From: Anaerolineales bacterium
GTDB taxonomy: Bacteria; Chloroflexota; Anaerolineae; Aggregatilineales; UBA2796
Reading direction: 5' to 3'
NCBI GenBank assembly: GCA_015075625.1
Contig: JABTTZ010000001.1
Span: forward strand, 2,047,021 to 2,111,020
Length of the DNA stretch: 64,000 nucleotides
A program made the translations under genes and the position numbers. This document shows, one piece after another, positions 28,289 to 39,285 of this stretch. Every line of letters starts with the position of its first letter. Within the stretch, counting starts at the first letter, position 1. The notes under the pieces are model-generated. The model searched no databases. It was not told the origin of the DNA and saw only the letters and a list, made by a program, of their open reading frames with translations.

Positions 28289-31273
28289 TTATTTCCGGCG
28301 TTTTCCAACGGCGCGTTTCACCTCGTCATGGTTGACGAGTACTTTTTTCTCTTGAATTTCCCGATAGTGGCAGTATTTGTACTTTTTGCCACTCCCACAC
28401 GGACATGGATCGTTGGGTTTTGTCTTTGCCCACACATCAGCGCGGATCGGTTCGGGGGCGGCGTCACGGTTGGTTTGCGGCTGCGGCTGGCGGGCTGCCC
28501 CGCCGTTCTGCCCGCCGCTGTTTCCAGCATACGTGTTCACCGAGGCTTGCACCGCCCGGATGTTCTTTGCTCCAATGGTGTTCGATGTCCCCGCTGCCGC
28601 TGGCTTGGCGGCGCTCCCCGCCCCGGCTGCGGCGGGCTGAACTACCGGTTGGGCGTCAATGCGGAAAACCGTCTGGGCGATGTTGTGTTTGATTTGGGTT
28701 TTCAGGTCTTCCCACATCATGAACGCCTCGCGCTTGTACTCTACAAGTGGGTCACGCTGCGCATAGGCAACCAACCCAATGCCCTCGCGCAGCACATCGA
28801 GATCGGTCAGATGGCGCATCCACAGTTGATCAATGGCGCGGAGCATGACCTCGCGCTCCACCTGACGCATCATCGCCTCATTGTTGAAAACGCTGTTGAC
28901 CTTCTGCTCAATCCCATCATAGACAGTCAGCGCTGTTTTTGTCAGTTCAACGGTGATTGTTTCTTCATCGGCAGTTTGCCAATGGGCGGGGTGGGCGTGA
29001 AAGGGGACAGGGAAGAGCCTCAGGGCATCCCGATAGAGTTCTTCAGGACGCCACGCATTTTCTGGATCGGTTTCTGCTGTCGTCTCTACATAATGCTCAT
29101 CGACAAGGGCGGTGATCTCCTCCGCGATGATCTTTTCAATCTGGTCGCGGGGGTTCTCACTTTGCAATATCTCCCGCCGCTGTTTGTAGATCACCTCGCG
29201 CTGCTTGTTCACCACATCATCATATTCGAGGACGCGCTTCCGAATATCAAAGTTATAGCCTTCGATGCGCGTCTGCGCTTGGTGAATTGTCCCGCTGACC
29301 AGCCGCGCCTCTAGGGGGACATCCTCATCCATGCGGAAGGTTTTCATCAAGCCCTTCACCCGATCCCCGCCAAAGCGCCGCATCAGGTCATCTTCAAGGG
29401 AGAGGTAAAAGCGCGATTCGCCAGGGTCGCCCTGCCGCCCCGCCCGCCCGCGCAGTTGGTTATCGATACGCCGCGCCTCGTGGCGCTCTGTGCCGAGGAC
29501 ATACAGCCCGCCAGCAGCAAGCACGGTTTCGCGGTCACGCTGGCAGGCAGCTTTCGCTTTTTCCAAAGCCACCTGCCACTGTTCGGGGGTGGCTTCGGTC
29601 ACCTCAATGTTCTCATCACGCAGCCCCACCCGCGCCAACCCTTCGGGGTTGCCACCCAAAAGGATATCCACCCCACGCCCTGCCATGTTCGTGGCGATGG
29701 TCACCGCGCCGGGACGTCCCGCTTGGGCAATGACCTGCGCCTCGCGTTCGTGCTGCTTGGCGTTCAGGACAATATGCGGAATTTTGGCGTCCTTCAGGAG
29801 TTTGGCAAGCCGTTCGCTCGTCTCAATGGCTACCGTCCCAATCAGCACCGGCTGCTGACGGGCGTGGCGCTCTTGAATATCCCCGATAATCGCCCGCCAT
29901 TTTGCCCCTTCGGTCATGTAAATCAGGTCTTCCTGATCGGTACGGATGTTTTCAAGGTGGGTCGGAATGGCAATGACATCCAGCTTGTAGATTTTGAGGA
30001 ACTCATCCGCCTCGGTCATTGCCGTCCCCGTCATGCCGGCAAGTTTTTTGTACATGCGGAAGTAGTTTTGGAAGGTGATCGTCGCCAGCGTCAGGTTTTC
30101 GCGCTGGATGGTGACCCCTTCTTTTGCCTCAATCGCCTGATGCAGCCCTTCCGAAAAGCGCCGCCCATACATCGGGCGTCCGGTGAACTCGTCAACGATG
30201 ATCACCTGCCCCTTTTCGACCATGTATTCCTTATCGCGGTGAAAGACCACCAGCGCCCGAAGGCTGTTATCGAGGTACGGAATCATGTCGGAGTTTTCCG
30301 GGCTGTAGAGGTTTTCGCCCTCCATCAACCCCTGACGGCGAAGGCGCTGTTCGATCTTCTCAATGCCCGCCTCGGTGAGGTAGACATTTTTCGATTTGAC
30401 ATCTTCAACGTAATCGCCGTCCGGCTCTTTGTCATCGATGCTGTCTTGGCTGCTTGGCTTCAGATCGCGCACGATGCGGGCGAATTTCTCGTAAAGATCG
30501 CTGGCTTGGTCGGCAACGCCGGAGATGATCAACGGAGTACGCGCCTCATCGATCAGGATGTTGTCTACCTCGTCCACAATGCCAAAATAGTGTTCGCGCT
30601 GCACGGTTTCTTCCAGCGCCCGCACCATGTTGTCGCGCAGGTAGTCAAAGCCGAATTCGTTGTTCGTCCCGTAGGTAATGTCCGCGTAGTAGGCATCGCG
30701 GCGGCTGCACGGGCGAAGGTTCTGGTAGCGATCATCGTCGCTGCTAAAGGTGGGGTCGTAAAGGAAAGAGCCTTTGGAGGGATCATTGGCATAGTTCTGG
30801 ATCACCGCTGCCCGCAGCCCCAAAAGGTGATAGACCTTCCCCATCTGTTGCAAGCCAAATTTGGAGAGGTAATCGTTGGGGGTGATCAGGTGCGCCCCGC
30901 CCCCGCTGAGCGCGTTCAAGTAGAGGGGGAGGGTGGCGACAAGGGTTTTCCCCTCGCCCGTTTTCATCTCGGCAATTTTGCCATCGTGCAGCACCATTCC
31001 GCCGATCAATTGAACATCGTAATGGCGCAGTCCAATCGTGCGGCGGGCGGCTTCGCGGACGAGGGCAAATGCCTCGATCAACAGATCGTCAAGCGTCTCG
31101 CCTTCTTGCAGGCGGGCGCGGAATGCCTCGGTTTTGCGGGGAAAGTCTTCATCACGGAGCGCTCGCATCTCCGTATCAAGGGCGTTGATCGCCTCTAAGC
31201 GTGTGCGATAGGGTTTTAGGTCGCGCTCGTTTGGGTCGCCAAACATAGCGCGGGCGATTTTCTTAAACACCAT
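28289..31273 (-). CDS. secA: Preprotein translocase ATPase SecA
   Basis: MVFKKIARAMFGDPNERDL N-terminus, DEAD-like motor, C-terminal zinc-binding CPCGSGKKYKYCH. SD GGGAG. ORF track extends to 31381. Confidence 0.9.
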   Translation of the reverse strand: MVFKKIARAMFGDPNERDLKPYRTRLEAINALDTEMRALRDEDFPRKTEAFRARLQEGETLDDLLIEAFALVREAARRTIGLRHYDVQLIGGMVLHDGKIAEMKTGEGKTLVATLPLYLNALSGGGAHLITPNDYLSKFGLQQMGKVYHLLGLRAAVIQNYANDPSKGSFLYDPTFSSDDDRYQNLRPCSRRDAYYADITYGTNNEFGFDYLRDNMVRALEETVQREHYFGIVDEVDNILIDEARTPLIISGVADQASDLYEKFARIVRDLKPSSQDSIDDKEPDGDYVEDVKSKNVYLTEAGIEKIEQRLRRQGLMEGENLYSPENSDMIPYLDNSLRALVVFHRDKEYMVEKGQVIIVDEFTGRPMYGRRFSEGLHQAIEAKEGVTIQRENLTLATITFQNYFRMYKKLAGMTGTAMTEADEFLKIYKLDVIAIPTHLENIRTDQEDLIYMTEGAKWRAIIGDIQERHARQQPVLIGTVAIETSERLAKLLKDAKIPHIVLNAKQHEREAQVIAQAGRPGAVTIATNMAGRGVDILLGGNPEGLARVGLRDENIEVTEATPEQWQVALEKAKAACQRDRETVLAAGGLYVLGTERHEARRIDNQLRGRAGRQGDPGESRFYLSLEDDLMRRFGGDRVKGLMKTFRMDEDVPLEARLVSGTIHQAQTRIEGYNFDIRKRVLEYDDVVNKQREVIYKQRREILQSENPRDQIEKIIAEEITALVDEHYVETTAETDPENAWRPEELYRDALRLFPVPFHAHPAHWQTADEETITVELTKTALTVYDGIEQKVNSVFNNEAMMRQVEREVMLRAIDQLWMRHLTDLDVLREGIGLVAYAQRDPLVEYKREAFMMWEDLKTQIKHNIAQTVFRIDAQPVVQPAAAGAGSAAKPAAAGTSNTIGAKNIRAVQASVNTYAGNSGGQNGGAARQPQPQTNRDAAPEPIRADVWAKTKPNDPCPCGSGKKYKYCHYREIQEKKVLVNHDEVKRAVGKRRK

Positions 31274-31410
31274 AGTCGTTTCTGTCTCCCGAATGATCAA
31301 GCGCCTATTATAGCATAGCGGGAGGGCAGAGAATGTTGGCGTTGTGTTGGATTGCTGTGCGGGGGGGCGCCCAGGGGGCACCCCTACCGGCGCAGACTGA
31401 GAGGATGGGG

Positions 31411-32217
31411 TTAGATGCCGATCTCACGCCGTTGGAAGCGCCATACCGTGAGGGCGGTGAGCAGCGCCGCAGCGCCTAACAAAAGACCCACATTCCCCAC
31501 GTTCAACCCATGCTGCATGACCGTTGCGCTGTCGTAATAGTTGAAGTACGAAAGCGCCCGCAAGCCACCACCCGTATCAAGGTTGCGCCCTAGCGTTTCC
31601 ACAAGGAAGCTGGCGACGACGAAGAATGTCCCGACCATCATTGCCGTATTGCGGCGGCGGAAAACAACCCCCGCCAACGCCGTGAACGCCAAGACCAAGA
31701 TCGCTGAGGGAAGCATATTGATCGCGCTCACTACCAACTGCCCTGGGGTGACCTGATCGCGCAGGACGCTAGATAGGCTGACCGCCACAACCATTCCCAT
31801 TGCACTAATCAGGACGATCCCCACCAAAACGAGGATGTGCGCCGCGAGCTTTTCGGCAAGGACACGCCAACGGGGGAGCGGAGCGCTCAAGACGACATCC
31901 AGAATCCCACGTTCTTCTTCATTGGCGGTGATGTTCAGCCCCGCCGCCACCGCATACCCAGAGAGCATCCACATAACCCAGCCGAAAAAGCTGTAGTTCA
32001 ACAGTCCGGCGGGCGACGCCATGAACGCTGCATCCCCACCGCCAAAGGTTTTCAGCAGGAAGGGAACACTCGCCAACAAGGTCGTCATCTGCTCTACCAG
32101 TTTGGAGTCGTTCAACAGCACGGCAACATAGACCGCCAAAACGATCATGAAACTGCCACAGATGAAGATCATCCGCCAATTGCGACGGAAGGTTTCCTTA
32201 AAGACGACGGTGTTCAT
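31411..32217 (-). CDS. ABC-2 type transporter permease
   Basis: 6-TM hydrophobic protein; 4-nt overlap with the upstream ABC ATPase. Confidence 0.75.
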   Translation of the reverse strand: MNTVVFKETFRRNWRMIFICGSFMIVLAVYVAVLLNDSKLVEQMTTLLASVPFLLKTFGGGDAAFMASPAGLLNYSFFGWVMWMLSGYAVAAGLNITANEEERGILDVVLSAPLPRWRVLAEKLAAHILVLVGIVLISAMGMVVAVSLSSVLRDQVTPGQLVVSAINMLPSAILVLAFTALAGVVFRRRNTAMMVGTFFVVASFLVETLGRNLDTGGGLRALSYFNYYDSATVMQHGLNVGNVGLLLGAAALLTALTVWRFQRREIGI

Positions 32218-33164
32218 CGGACTGCCTCCTTCCCGGCGGTCATGGCTGTCTCGGCGGCATTGCCATAGTATTTGAGGAAGATTTCCTCCAGCGATGCTTC
32301 TTGTGTCCGAATATCAGCGATGTATTCGCCGGAAAATGCCTTCAATACGGGGTCAATATCGCCCGTCAGACGGAACTTAAGCGTGGTTGGGTCGCCATTT
32401 ACGCTGACATCCGCCACGCCCGGGACGCCAGCCAGCCGCGCCGCAGGGACGGGCGACGCCGTGCGGACGCTGACCCAACGGAAATTGACATGGGTCAGGG
32501 CATCAACACGATCCACCGTCTGAAGCTGCCCATTGCGGATAATCGCCACCCGATCACAGATCGCCTGTACCTCGCTGAGGACATGGGACGAGAGAAACAC
32601 CGTTCGCCCTTCGCGCCGCACTTCCATCATCAGGTCAAGGAAGATTTGCTGCATGAGCGGATCAAGCCCGTTCGTTGGCTCATCCAAAATCAGCAAATCG
32701 GCTTTGTGCATCAGCGCAACGATCAAGCCCAATTTGCGCTTGTTCCCAGATGAATAGCTGCGGACTTTTTTCGTCGGGTCAAATTGCAGCCGTTCGGCAA
32801 GGGCATTGACATATGACCAATCGACCTTGCCGCGCAGCCCACCCAAATAGGCGATCACCTGCCGCGCCGTTAGACCGTCCCATAGGTTAAGTTCACCGGG
32901 CAGAAAACCAATTCGCCGCCGTGCCTCAACGCCTTGCTTTTGGGAATCCATGCCTAGCACAGAAGCACTCCCCCGCGTGGGGCGAATCAGATCAAGCAAG
33001 AGTTTGATCGTCGTTGTTTTGCCCGCGCCGTTCGGTCCGAGGTAGCCGAAAATCTCACCCTGATTCACCGTTAGGGTCAGGTCGGTCAACGCCGGCGGTT
33101 TGCCGGGCGTGTAGAATTTTGTCAGTCCAGTTGTGTGAATGGCTGATGAAGATTGCTGTGTCAT
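32214..33164 (-). CDS. ABC transporter ATP-binding protein (ABC-2/DrrA-like)
   Basis: Walker A GPNGAGKTT, signature SGNKRKL, Walker B LLILDEPT; SD GGAGG. Confidence 0.85.
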   Translation of the reverse strand: MTQQSSSAIHTTGLTKFYTPGKPPALTDLTLTVNQGEIFGYLGPNGAGKTTTIKLLLDLIRPTRGSASVLGMDSQKQGVEARRRIGFLPGELNLWDGLTARQVIAYLGGLRGKVDWSYVNALAERLQFDPTKKVRSYSSGNKRKLGLIVALMHKADLLILDEPTNGLDPLMQQIFLDLMMEVRREGRTVFLSSHVLSEVQAICDRVAIIRNGQLQTVDRVDALTHVNFRWVSVRTASPVPAARLAGVPGVADVSVNGDPTTLKFRLTGDIDPVLKAFSGEYIADIRTQEASLEEIFLKYYGNAAETAMTAGKEAVR

Positions 33165-33426
33165 ACCTATGCCTCCATAGATAAGGGAGACGTGAAACCA
33201 CGCAACATCCTACACCCATTCTAGAGATTCGTTCAATCCCCCAACTATGAGGGGGTAGATGAGCAAGGTCTCATTTAGCACCGCACCAGAGAGACCCTAC
33301 CCCTCTCGCACGTCTACCCCTGTAAAGGCAACCATTCTGAGCAAAGATGGTTAAAACGGGAATCAAACTTTACGGTACAATGGAGGGGGCGAGGGATAAG
33401 CACACATCAAAACCTATCGAGGGAAC

Positions 33427-35412
33427 TTGACCATGACCGATCCGCTCATTGGGAAACACATTGCAGGCTACGAGGTTGTTTCGCTGATCGGGCATGGAGG
33501 CATGGCGGATGTGTACCGTGCGCACCAAACGGCAATGAAGCGCGATATTGCCCTAAAAGTGCTTTCCGCTCAATTAGCCAACTCCCCAGATTTTGTGGAT
33601 CGCTTTCACCGCGAAGTGGAGATGGCAGCCGGGCTGGAACATGCTCATATTGTCCCCGTCTATGATCATGGGCGCACCCCAGAGGGGCAAATTTACCTTG
33701 CCATGCGCATCATTCGCGGCGGCACGTTGGCAGACCGCATCACGCAGGGCGCCATGCCGCTGGATAAGGTCAGCACCATTCTGAAGCAGCTTGCCGGCGC
33801 ATTGGATTACGCGCATGGCAAGGGCATCGTCCACCGCGATATTAAGCCGAGCAATGTTTTGATCGATGATCAGGACGATATTTACCTTGCCGATTTTGGC
33901 TTGGCACAGTTAAGCGAGCAGCCCAACCAAAACAACCTGACCAAAACCGGCGCCCTGGTCGGGACGCCCACCTACATTTCCCCCGAACAGGCGCTCACCA
34001 GCAAAGGCGACTACCGCTCTGACCTCTACAGCCTCGGCGTTGTCCTCTACGAGATGGTCACGGGGAAGCCCCCTTTCAGCGGGGATTCGATGTTTTCGGT
34101 GATGAAGGCGCACGTGGGCGAGCCGCCGCCCCCCGCCTCAAAATTCCGCCCAGACCTTCCCGCCTCGGTGAACGCCGTCTTACTCCGCGCACTGGCAAAG
34201 AAACCCGAAGATCGCTACCCCAACGCAACGGAATTGGCGCGGGATTTTGGCTTGGCGGTGCAAGGGCTGCTCGTCACGCAGCAGCGGACGCTGATTATGA
34301 CCTCCGTCTCGTTGACGAATTTGCGCAGTTTGAATTCTGTCCGCACGCGGAACATCGCCGCCATTGGCTTGCTGACGATTGTTTTGCTCACGCTAGGGTT
34401 GTTTCTTGTCTCGCGGCTGAACCCCTCGGCAACAACGGGGGTGGCTGCCACTGTTGATGAGGCACAGCGCCCCGAAAGCGGTCCGCCGGAGTCGGTTATC
34501 CCCACAGCGGCAGAGATTGAGACTGCCCGTGCGATCTTAAAGACCTCCTTCATTGGTGTTATGGCGTGTACCACAGAGACGGAATACCACGCCTCGTTGG
34601 TGCGCTCCATGCGCCTACGGGCGGAAAGTTACGGGTTTGCCGTGCGGGTGGAAGACGGCAAAGCGGAAAAATCGCGCCAGACGACGATCTTGAATAAGTT
34701 CCTTGCCGATGGGGCAAAGGTGATCCTTATGTGTCCGCTTGATGAGGGACTCATTGCGCCGCTTGTCAAAGCAGCCCAAGATGGTGGCGTGGTTGTTGTG
34801 AGTGCTGGCGAAAAGGTTTGGGGCAAAAACGCCGTCAGCCTCACCCTGACGAACGAGACCATGGGGCGCAAGGTTGGCGAATACACGGTAGCGATGATCA
34901 ATGAGGAAATGGGGGGAAAGGCGAATGTGGTCATCCTTGAATACCCCGACGTGCCGACAGTTACCATCCGCGCCAACGCAATGGAAGCGGCGCTGAAAGC
35001 GGGCGCTCCTGACGCTGTTCTGTTAGGGCGCTACATAGGCGGCTTGTCGGAGGAAGGCAAAAAGAGCATGACGCGCATCCTTGCCGAACACCCCGAAGTG
35101 AATGTCATCATGAGCATCAATGATAATGGGGCGCTTGGGGCAGTCAGTGTCCTACGGGAGGCAGGCAAAGGCTTTGACGAGGTGCGCATTGTCAGTGTCG
35201 ATGCCGAATTGGAAGTGCGACGGTTGATCACCGCTGGCGAGTATTTCCGTGCCACACTCGATAATGATCCGGTGGGGGCGGGGGTGCTTGCCGTTGATGC
35301 CGCCGTCCGCTTGTTGGGCGGGGCAGTAGTCCCTAAATTGGTGCTGATTGAGGGGCGGATGATGACCAAAGAGACGCTCCAAGTGACGCCCACCGCAGTG
35401 GCAACGCCCTAG
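33427..35412 (+). CDS. Hanks-type Ser/Thr protein kinase fused via a TM segment to a periplasmic sugar-binding (LacI/RbsB-type) domain
   Basis: GHGGMADVYRA, ALKVL, HRDIKPSNVL, DFG, GTPTYISPE; TM IAAIGLLTIVLLTLGLFLV; C-terminal periplasmic-binding-fold domain. Confidence 0.8.
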   Translation: MTMTDPLIGKHIAGYEVVSLIGHGGMADVYRAHQTAMKRDIALKVLSAQLANSPDFVDRFHREVEMAAGLEHAHIVPVYDHGRTPEGQIYLAMRIIRGGTLADRITQGAMPLDKVSTILKQLAGALDYAHGKGIVHRDIKPSNVLIDDQDDIYLADFGLAQLSEQPNQNNLTKTGALVGTPTYISPEQALTSKGDYRSDLYSLGVVLYEMVTGKPPFSGDSMFSVMKAHVGEPPPPASKFRPDLPASVNAVLLRALAKKPEDRYPNATELARDFGLAVQGLLVTQQRTLIMTSVSLTNLRSLNSVRTRNIAAIGLLTIVLLTLGLFLVSRLNPSATTGVAATVDEAQRPESGPPESVIPTAAEIETARAILKTSFIGVMACTTETEYHASLVRSMRLRAESYGFAVRVEDGKAEKSRQTTILNKFLADGAKVILMCPLDEGLIAPLVKAAQDGGVVVVSAGEKVWGKNAVSLTLTNETMGRKVGEYTVAMINEEMGGKANVVILEYPDVPTVTIRANAMEAALKAGAPDAVLLGRYIGGLSEEGKKSMTRILAEHPEVNVIMSINDNGALGAVSVLREAGKGFDEVRIVSVDAELEVRRLITAGEYFRATLDNDPVGAGVLAVDAAVRLLGGAVVPKLVLIEGRMMTKETLQVTPTAVATP

Positions 35413-35628
35413 ACGGATCGTTTAGCAGCGGGCGCACACAGACGCCGAACAGGATTCCCCCTACTTCCACAAGGAGGCGGGGCAGAGAGTGCGCGCGTCT
35501 TGCCCTGATCTCAGCCCCGTGCTTTAGCACGGGGGGAACACATTCAAGCCCCACCCTCCAATTTCCGTCAAGTCGCGGTACAATCTTTCCCCTGAATTGA
35601 AACCGTGAAGGAATCATTGAAACCCCTT

Positions 35629-36948
35629 ATGAGCAAAACACAGGCGTTGGAACGCCTCCATGACCGCAGCGGGGTTGTGGGCATTATCGGGCTTGGCTAT
35701 GTTGGGCTGCCCCTTGCCGTCGCCTTTGCCGAGGCAGGCTACCGTGTCATCGGTTTGGATTTAGACACCCGCAAGGTGGACGCCCTGAACCGAGGCGAAA
35801 GCTATATTCCCGACATCCCGACGGCACAAGTCGCCCCCCTCACCCAATCGGGCAAACTTAGCGCCACCGACGATTATGGGGCGCTGCGCGAGGTAGACGC
35901 GGTGAGCATCTGCGTGCCAACGCCGCTGCTCAAGACAAAAGACCCCGATATGAGCTATGTGAACAGCGCCGTTGAATCGCTGGTGCAGGTCGTTCACGCC
36001 GGCATGTTGATCGTCCTCGAAAGCACCACTTATCCGGGGACGACGAACGAAATTGTCATCCCCAAACTGACGGCGGGCGGGCTAACCCCCGGCGAGGACA
36101 TCTTCATCGGCTTCTCGCCAGAACGGATTGATCCCGGCAACAAGACCTACGGCGTCCGCAACACGCCGAAAGTGATCGGCGGTGTCACCGCTGCCTGTCA
36201 GGAAGTTGCTTGCGCCTATTACGGGAGCATCGTGGATACCGTTGTCGCCGTCTCCTCCCCCACCGTTGCTGAACTGGTCAAACTGCTGGAAAACACCTTT
36301 CGCGCGGTGAACATCGGGCTGGTCAACGAACTCGCCCTCATGTGCGATAAACTGGGCGTCGATGTTTGGGAGGTGATTCGGGCGGCGAGTACGAAACCCT
36401 TTGGCTTCATGCCTTTCTACCCCGGTCCCGGCTTGGGCGGACACTGTATCCCGATTGATCCGCTCTACCTCAGTTGGAAGATGAAAACGCTCAACTACAC
36501 GGCGCGGTTCATCGAACTCGCCAGCGAGATCAACACCTCCATGCCGATCTACGTCGTGAACAAGGTGGCGACGGCGCTCAACGATGATGTGAAATCGATC
36601 AAACGATCAAAGGTGGCGATCTTGGGCGTCGCCTATAAGAAAGATATTGACGATGTGCGCGAGAGTCCGGCGCTAGATATCATCCAACTCCTCATCGAAC
36701 GGGGTGCGGAGGTCAGCTATCACGATCCCTTTGTCCCCTCCATTCGCCTAGATCATGGTCATGGCGGGCATCTCGAATCCGTGCCCTTCACGACAGAGTG
36801 GCTGCAAGCGGCGGATTGCGTCGTCATTGTCACGAATCACAGTATCACCGATTATTCGGCGGTGATCGCCAATGCCCAATTGATTGTCGATACGCGCAAC
36901 GCCACCGCCGGAATGCGCACGAACGGCGCACGAATCGTCGGCTTGTAA
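35629..36948 (+). CDS. Nucleotide-sugar dehydrogenase (UDP-glucose/GDP-mannose dehydrogenase family; WecC/TviB-like)
   Basis: GIIGLGYVGLPLAVAFA Rossmann motif, catalytic GGHCIPIDP. Start ambiguous: ORF track begins at GTG 35605; ATG 35629 chosen. Confidence 0.75.
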   Translation: MSKTQALERLHDRSGVVGIIGLGYVGLPLAVAFAEAGYRVIGLDLDTRKVDALNRGESYIPDIPTAQVAPLTQSGKLSATDDYGALREVDAVSICVPTPLLKTKDPDMSYVNSAVESLVQVVHAGMLIVLESTTYPGTTNEIVIPKLTAGGLTPGEDIFIGFSPERIDPGNKTYGVRNTPKVIGGVTAACQEVACAYYGSIVDTVVAVSSPTVAELVKLLENTFRAVNIGLVNELALMCDKLGVDVWEVIRAASTKPFGFMPFYPGPGLGGHCIPIDPLYLSWKMKTLNYTARFIELASEINTSMPIYVVNKVATALNDDVKSIKRSKVAILGVAYKKDIDDVRESPALDIIQLLIERGAEVSYHDPFVPSIRLDHGHGGHLESVPFTTEWLQAADCVVIVTNHSITDYSAVIANAQLIVDTRNATAGMRTNGARIVGL

Positions 36949-36983
36949 ACTTTCCTGTGCGGCTTAAACGAGAAGGAGATTTT

Positions 36984-37673
36984 GTGTCTGATCTAACATC
37001 CACCGTGATCGCTGTCATTGGCGGGACGGGCAAAGAGGGAGCAGGCTTGGCGTTCCGTTGGGCAAACGCGGGGATGCCCATCCTCATCGGCTCGCGGGAT
37101 GGGGCGCGGGCAGCTGAAAAAGCCGCCGAACTCAATGCTGAACTCGCTGCTCAGGGCAGTCCCACCCATAAGCCGCTGCAAGGGATGGGCAACGCCGATG
37201 CCGCCCGCGCCGCTCAGGTCGTTGTGATCAGCGTCCCTTATGACGCCCACACATCCACCCTTAGCGCCCTTCACGATGTGCTGCAAGGGAAGGTCGTCAT
37301 TGATGTGACTGTCCCCATGCAGCCGCCAGACATTCGCAAGGTCTATGTTCCAGAGGGGAAATCCGCCTGTGTCGAGGCGCAGACAATCCTCGGCAGGGGG
37401 GCAAAGGTCGTCGCCGCTTTTCAAAATGTGAGCGCCGCCCACCTGATGCACCTTGACCACGCCCCCGCCTGCGATGTCTTGGTCTGTGGCGATGACGAGG
37501 CGGCGAAAAATACGGCGATCACGCTCGTCATGGCGGCGGGGATGCGCGGCATTGACGCCGGAGCGCTGATCAACGCTGTGGCGGTGGAAGCGCTGACGCC
37601 CGTCTTGCTCTACATCAACAAAAAGTACAAGGTGAAGGGCGCGGGGATCACGATTACAGGGTTTGCCGGGTGA
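36984..37673 (+). CDS. npdG: NADPH-dependent F420 reductase (F420H2:NADP+ oxidoreductase)
   Basis: VIAVIGGTGKEGAGLAFRWANAGMPILIGSRD...; GTG start with SD GAAGGAG. The long plus ORF 36798..37673 is a frame artefact upstream of 36984. Confidence 0.75.
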   Translation: MSDLTSTVIAVIGGTGKEGAGLAFRWANAGMPILIGSRDGARAAEKAAELNAELAAQGSPTHKPLQGMGNADAARAAQVVVISVPYDAHTSTLSALHDVLQGKVVIDVTVPMQPPDIRKVYVPEGKSACVEAQTILGRGAKVVAAFQNVSAAHLMHLDHAPACDVLVCGDDEAAKNTAITLVMAAGMRGIDAGALINAVAVEALTPVLLYINKKYKVKGAGITITGFAG

Positions 37674-37689
37674 GCCGCCCGACGTGGCG

Positions 37690-39285
37690 CTACCCCCCAT
37701 AGCGCCATACCCCGCCGGTCATCGTCCCCACCACCTTCACCGTCAACAAGTCATCCGGCGGAATGGCATACGGATCGCGCTCTAAAATCGTCAGATCGGC
37801 AAGGAAGCCCGGCGCGATCCGCCCCAAGCGATCCTCCATCCCCGCCGCGTATGCCGCCCCCTCGGTATAACCGCGAATCGCCTCATCAACGCTCAGGCGC
37901 AGCGCCGGATACCACCCCGCCTCGCCCGGTGTGCCATCGGCGCGGCGGCGCGTGACGGCGGCGTGAATCCCCACCAGCGGGGCGAACGGCTCAACGGGCG
38001 CATCCGATCCAAAGGCGACGCGCACGCCTTGATCAATCTGGACACGGGCGTTATAGGCAAGCGCCGAGCGCCCCCCCCAATAACGATCCGCCATCTCGTA
38101 ATCGGCGGTGGCATGAATCGGCTGCATTGAGGCAATAATCTCCAGCGCCGCCAAACGCCCCACATCGGCGGGGTGAATCACCTGCACATGTTCAATGCGG
38201 TGACGCCGTGCTGCGCGGGGAATGCCCGCCGCTGCTTCCTCCCCGCGCACCGCCTCATAGACATCCAGCACATCATGAACGGCTTTATCGCCAATGGCGT
38301 GAATCGTCGCCGGAAATCCAGCGCGGCTGGCACGCGAGACAAGGGCATACATCGTCTCTTTGTCGGTGACGATCACCCCTCGGTTGTACGGTTCGCCCTC
38401 ATAGGGGTCGATCATCGCCGCCGTCCGCGCCCCCAACGCCCCATCAGCAAAGATTTTCAGCCCGCCAAGCCGCAGCCAATCATCGCCAAAGCCCCACCGC
38501 AGCCCCAACCCAATTGCCTGATCAATGTACGGATCGTTGATGTTCTTCACGATGCGCAGCCCCAACGCGCCCCGTTCGTGGAGGATTTGCAGCGCTTCAA
38601 AGGCGCGGGGCGGGTCGTAATCGTGCAGTCCAGTCAAGCCCGCCCGCCAAGCGTGCTGCTGTGCCTCTGCCATCAAATCGGCAAGCTCCGCCGGAGTGGG
38701 GCGCGGCACAATCCGATCCACCATGTCCATTGCCGTTTCAAAGAGGATTCCGGTGGGGCGTCCCTTGTCGTCGCGCTCAATCACACCGCCTTCGGGGTCG
38801 GGCGTCGCCGCGCTGATTCCAGCAAGGTGCAGGGCGGCGCTGTTCGCCCACCCCGCGTGACCGCTCCGCGCCTTCAGAAAGACGGGGTGGTTGGGCGTCA
38901 CGGCGTCCAGATCGGCGGCGGCGGGAAAAGCGCGATCCGCCCACAGGTCTTGCGCCCACCCGCGCCCGGTGAGCCAAACGCCCTTCGGCGTCAGCGCCGC
39001 CCGCGCCGCCACCCGCGCCACTGCCTCCGCCTTGCTTGGCACGGCAAAAAGCTCAATCTCGCGCAGCCCTTGCGCCGTCCATGCCCAGTGAATGTGGGCA
39101 TCCACCAAGCCCGGGATGACCGTCGCCCCCGCCAAATCATCGATCACCGTTTCTTTCGTTCGCAAGGCAAGCAGGTCTTCCCCGCCAACGGCGACGATCC
39201 GCCCGCCGCGCACGGCGATCACCGAGGCGCGGGGCTGCTCCGGCTGAAGGGTGTGAACGGTGGCGTTTGTCAAAAGGCGATCCAT
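37690..39285 (-). CDS. Amidohydrolase-family metal-dependent hydrolase (Amidohydro_3, YtcJ-like)
   Basis: [14 protein letters not shown]...[22 protein letters not shown]-terminal TIM-barrel motifs. Alternative start at 39404 (SD GGAG) or ORF-track 39462. Confidence 0.7.
   Translation of the reverse strand: MDRLLTNATVHTLQPEQPRASVIAVRGGRIVAVGGEDLLALRTKETVIDDLAGATVIPGLVDAHIHWAWTAQGLREIELFAVPSKAEAVARVAARAALTPKGVWLTGRGWAQDLWADRAFPAAADLDAVTPNHPVFLKARSGHAGWANSAALHLAGISAATPDPEGGVIERDDKGRPTGILFETAMDMVDRIVPRPTPAELADLMAEAQQHAWRAGLTGLHDYDPPRAFEALQILHERGALGLRIVKNINDPYIDQAIGLGLRWGFGDDWLRLGGLKIFADGALGARTAAMIDPYEGEPYNRGVIVTDKETMYALVSRASRAGFPATIHAIGDKAVHDVLDVYEAVRGEEAAAGIPRAARRHRIEHVQVIHPADVGRLAALEIIASMQPIHATADYEMADRYWGGRSALAYNARVQIDQGVRVAFGSDAPVEPFAPLVGIHAAVTRRRADGTPGEAGWYPALRLSVDEAIRGYTEGAAYAAGMEDRLGRIAPGFLADLTILERDPYAIPPDDLLTVKVVGTMTGGVWRYGG

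Noticed and set aside
29456-31198. 580-aa plus-strand ORF
   Set aside because: Antisense of secA.
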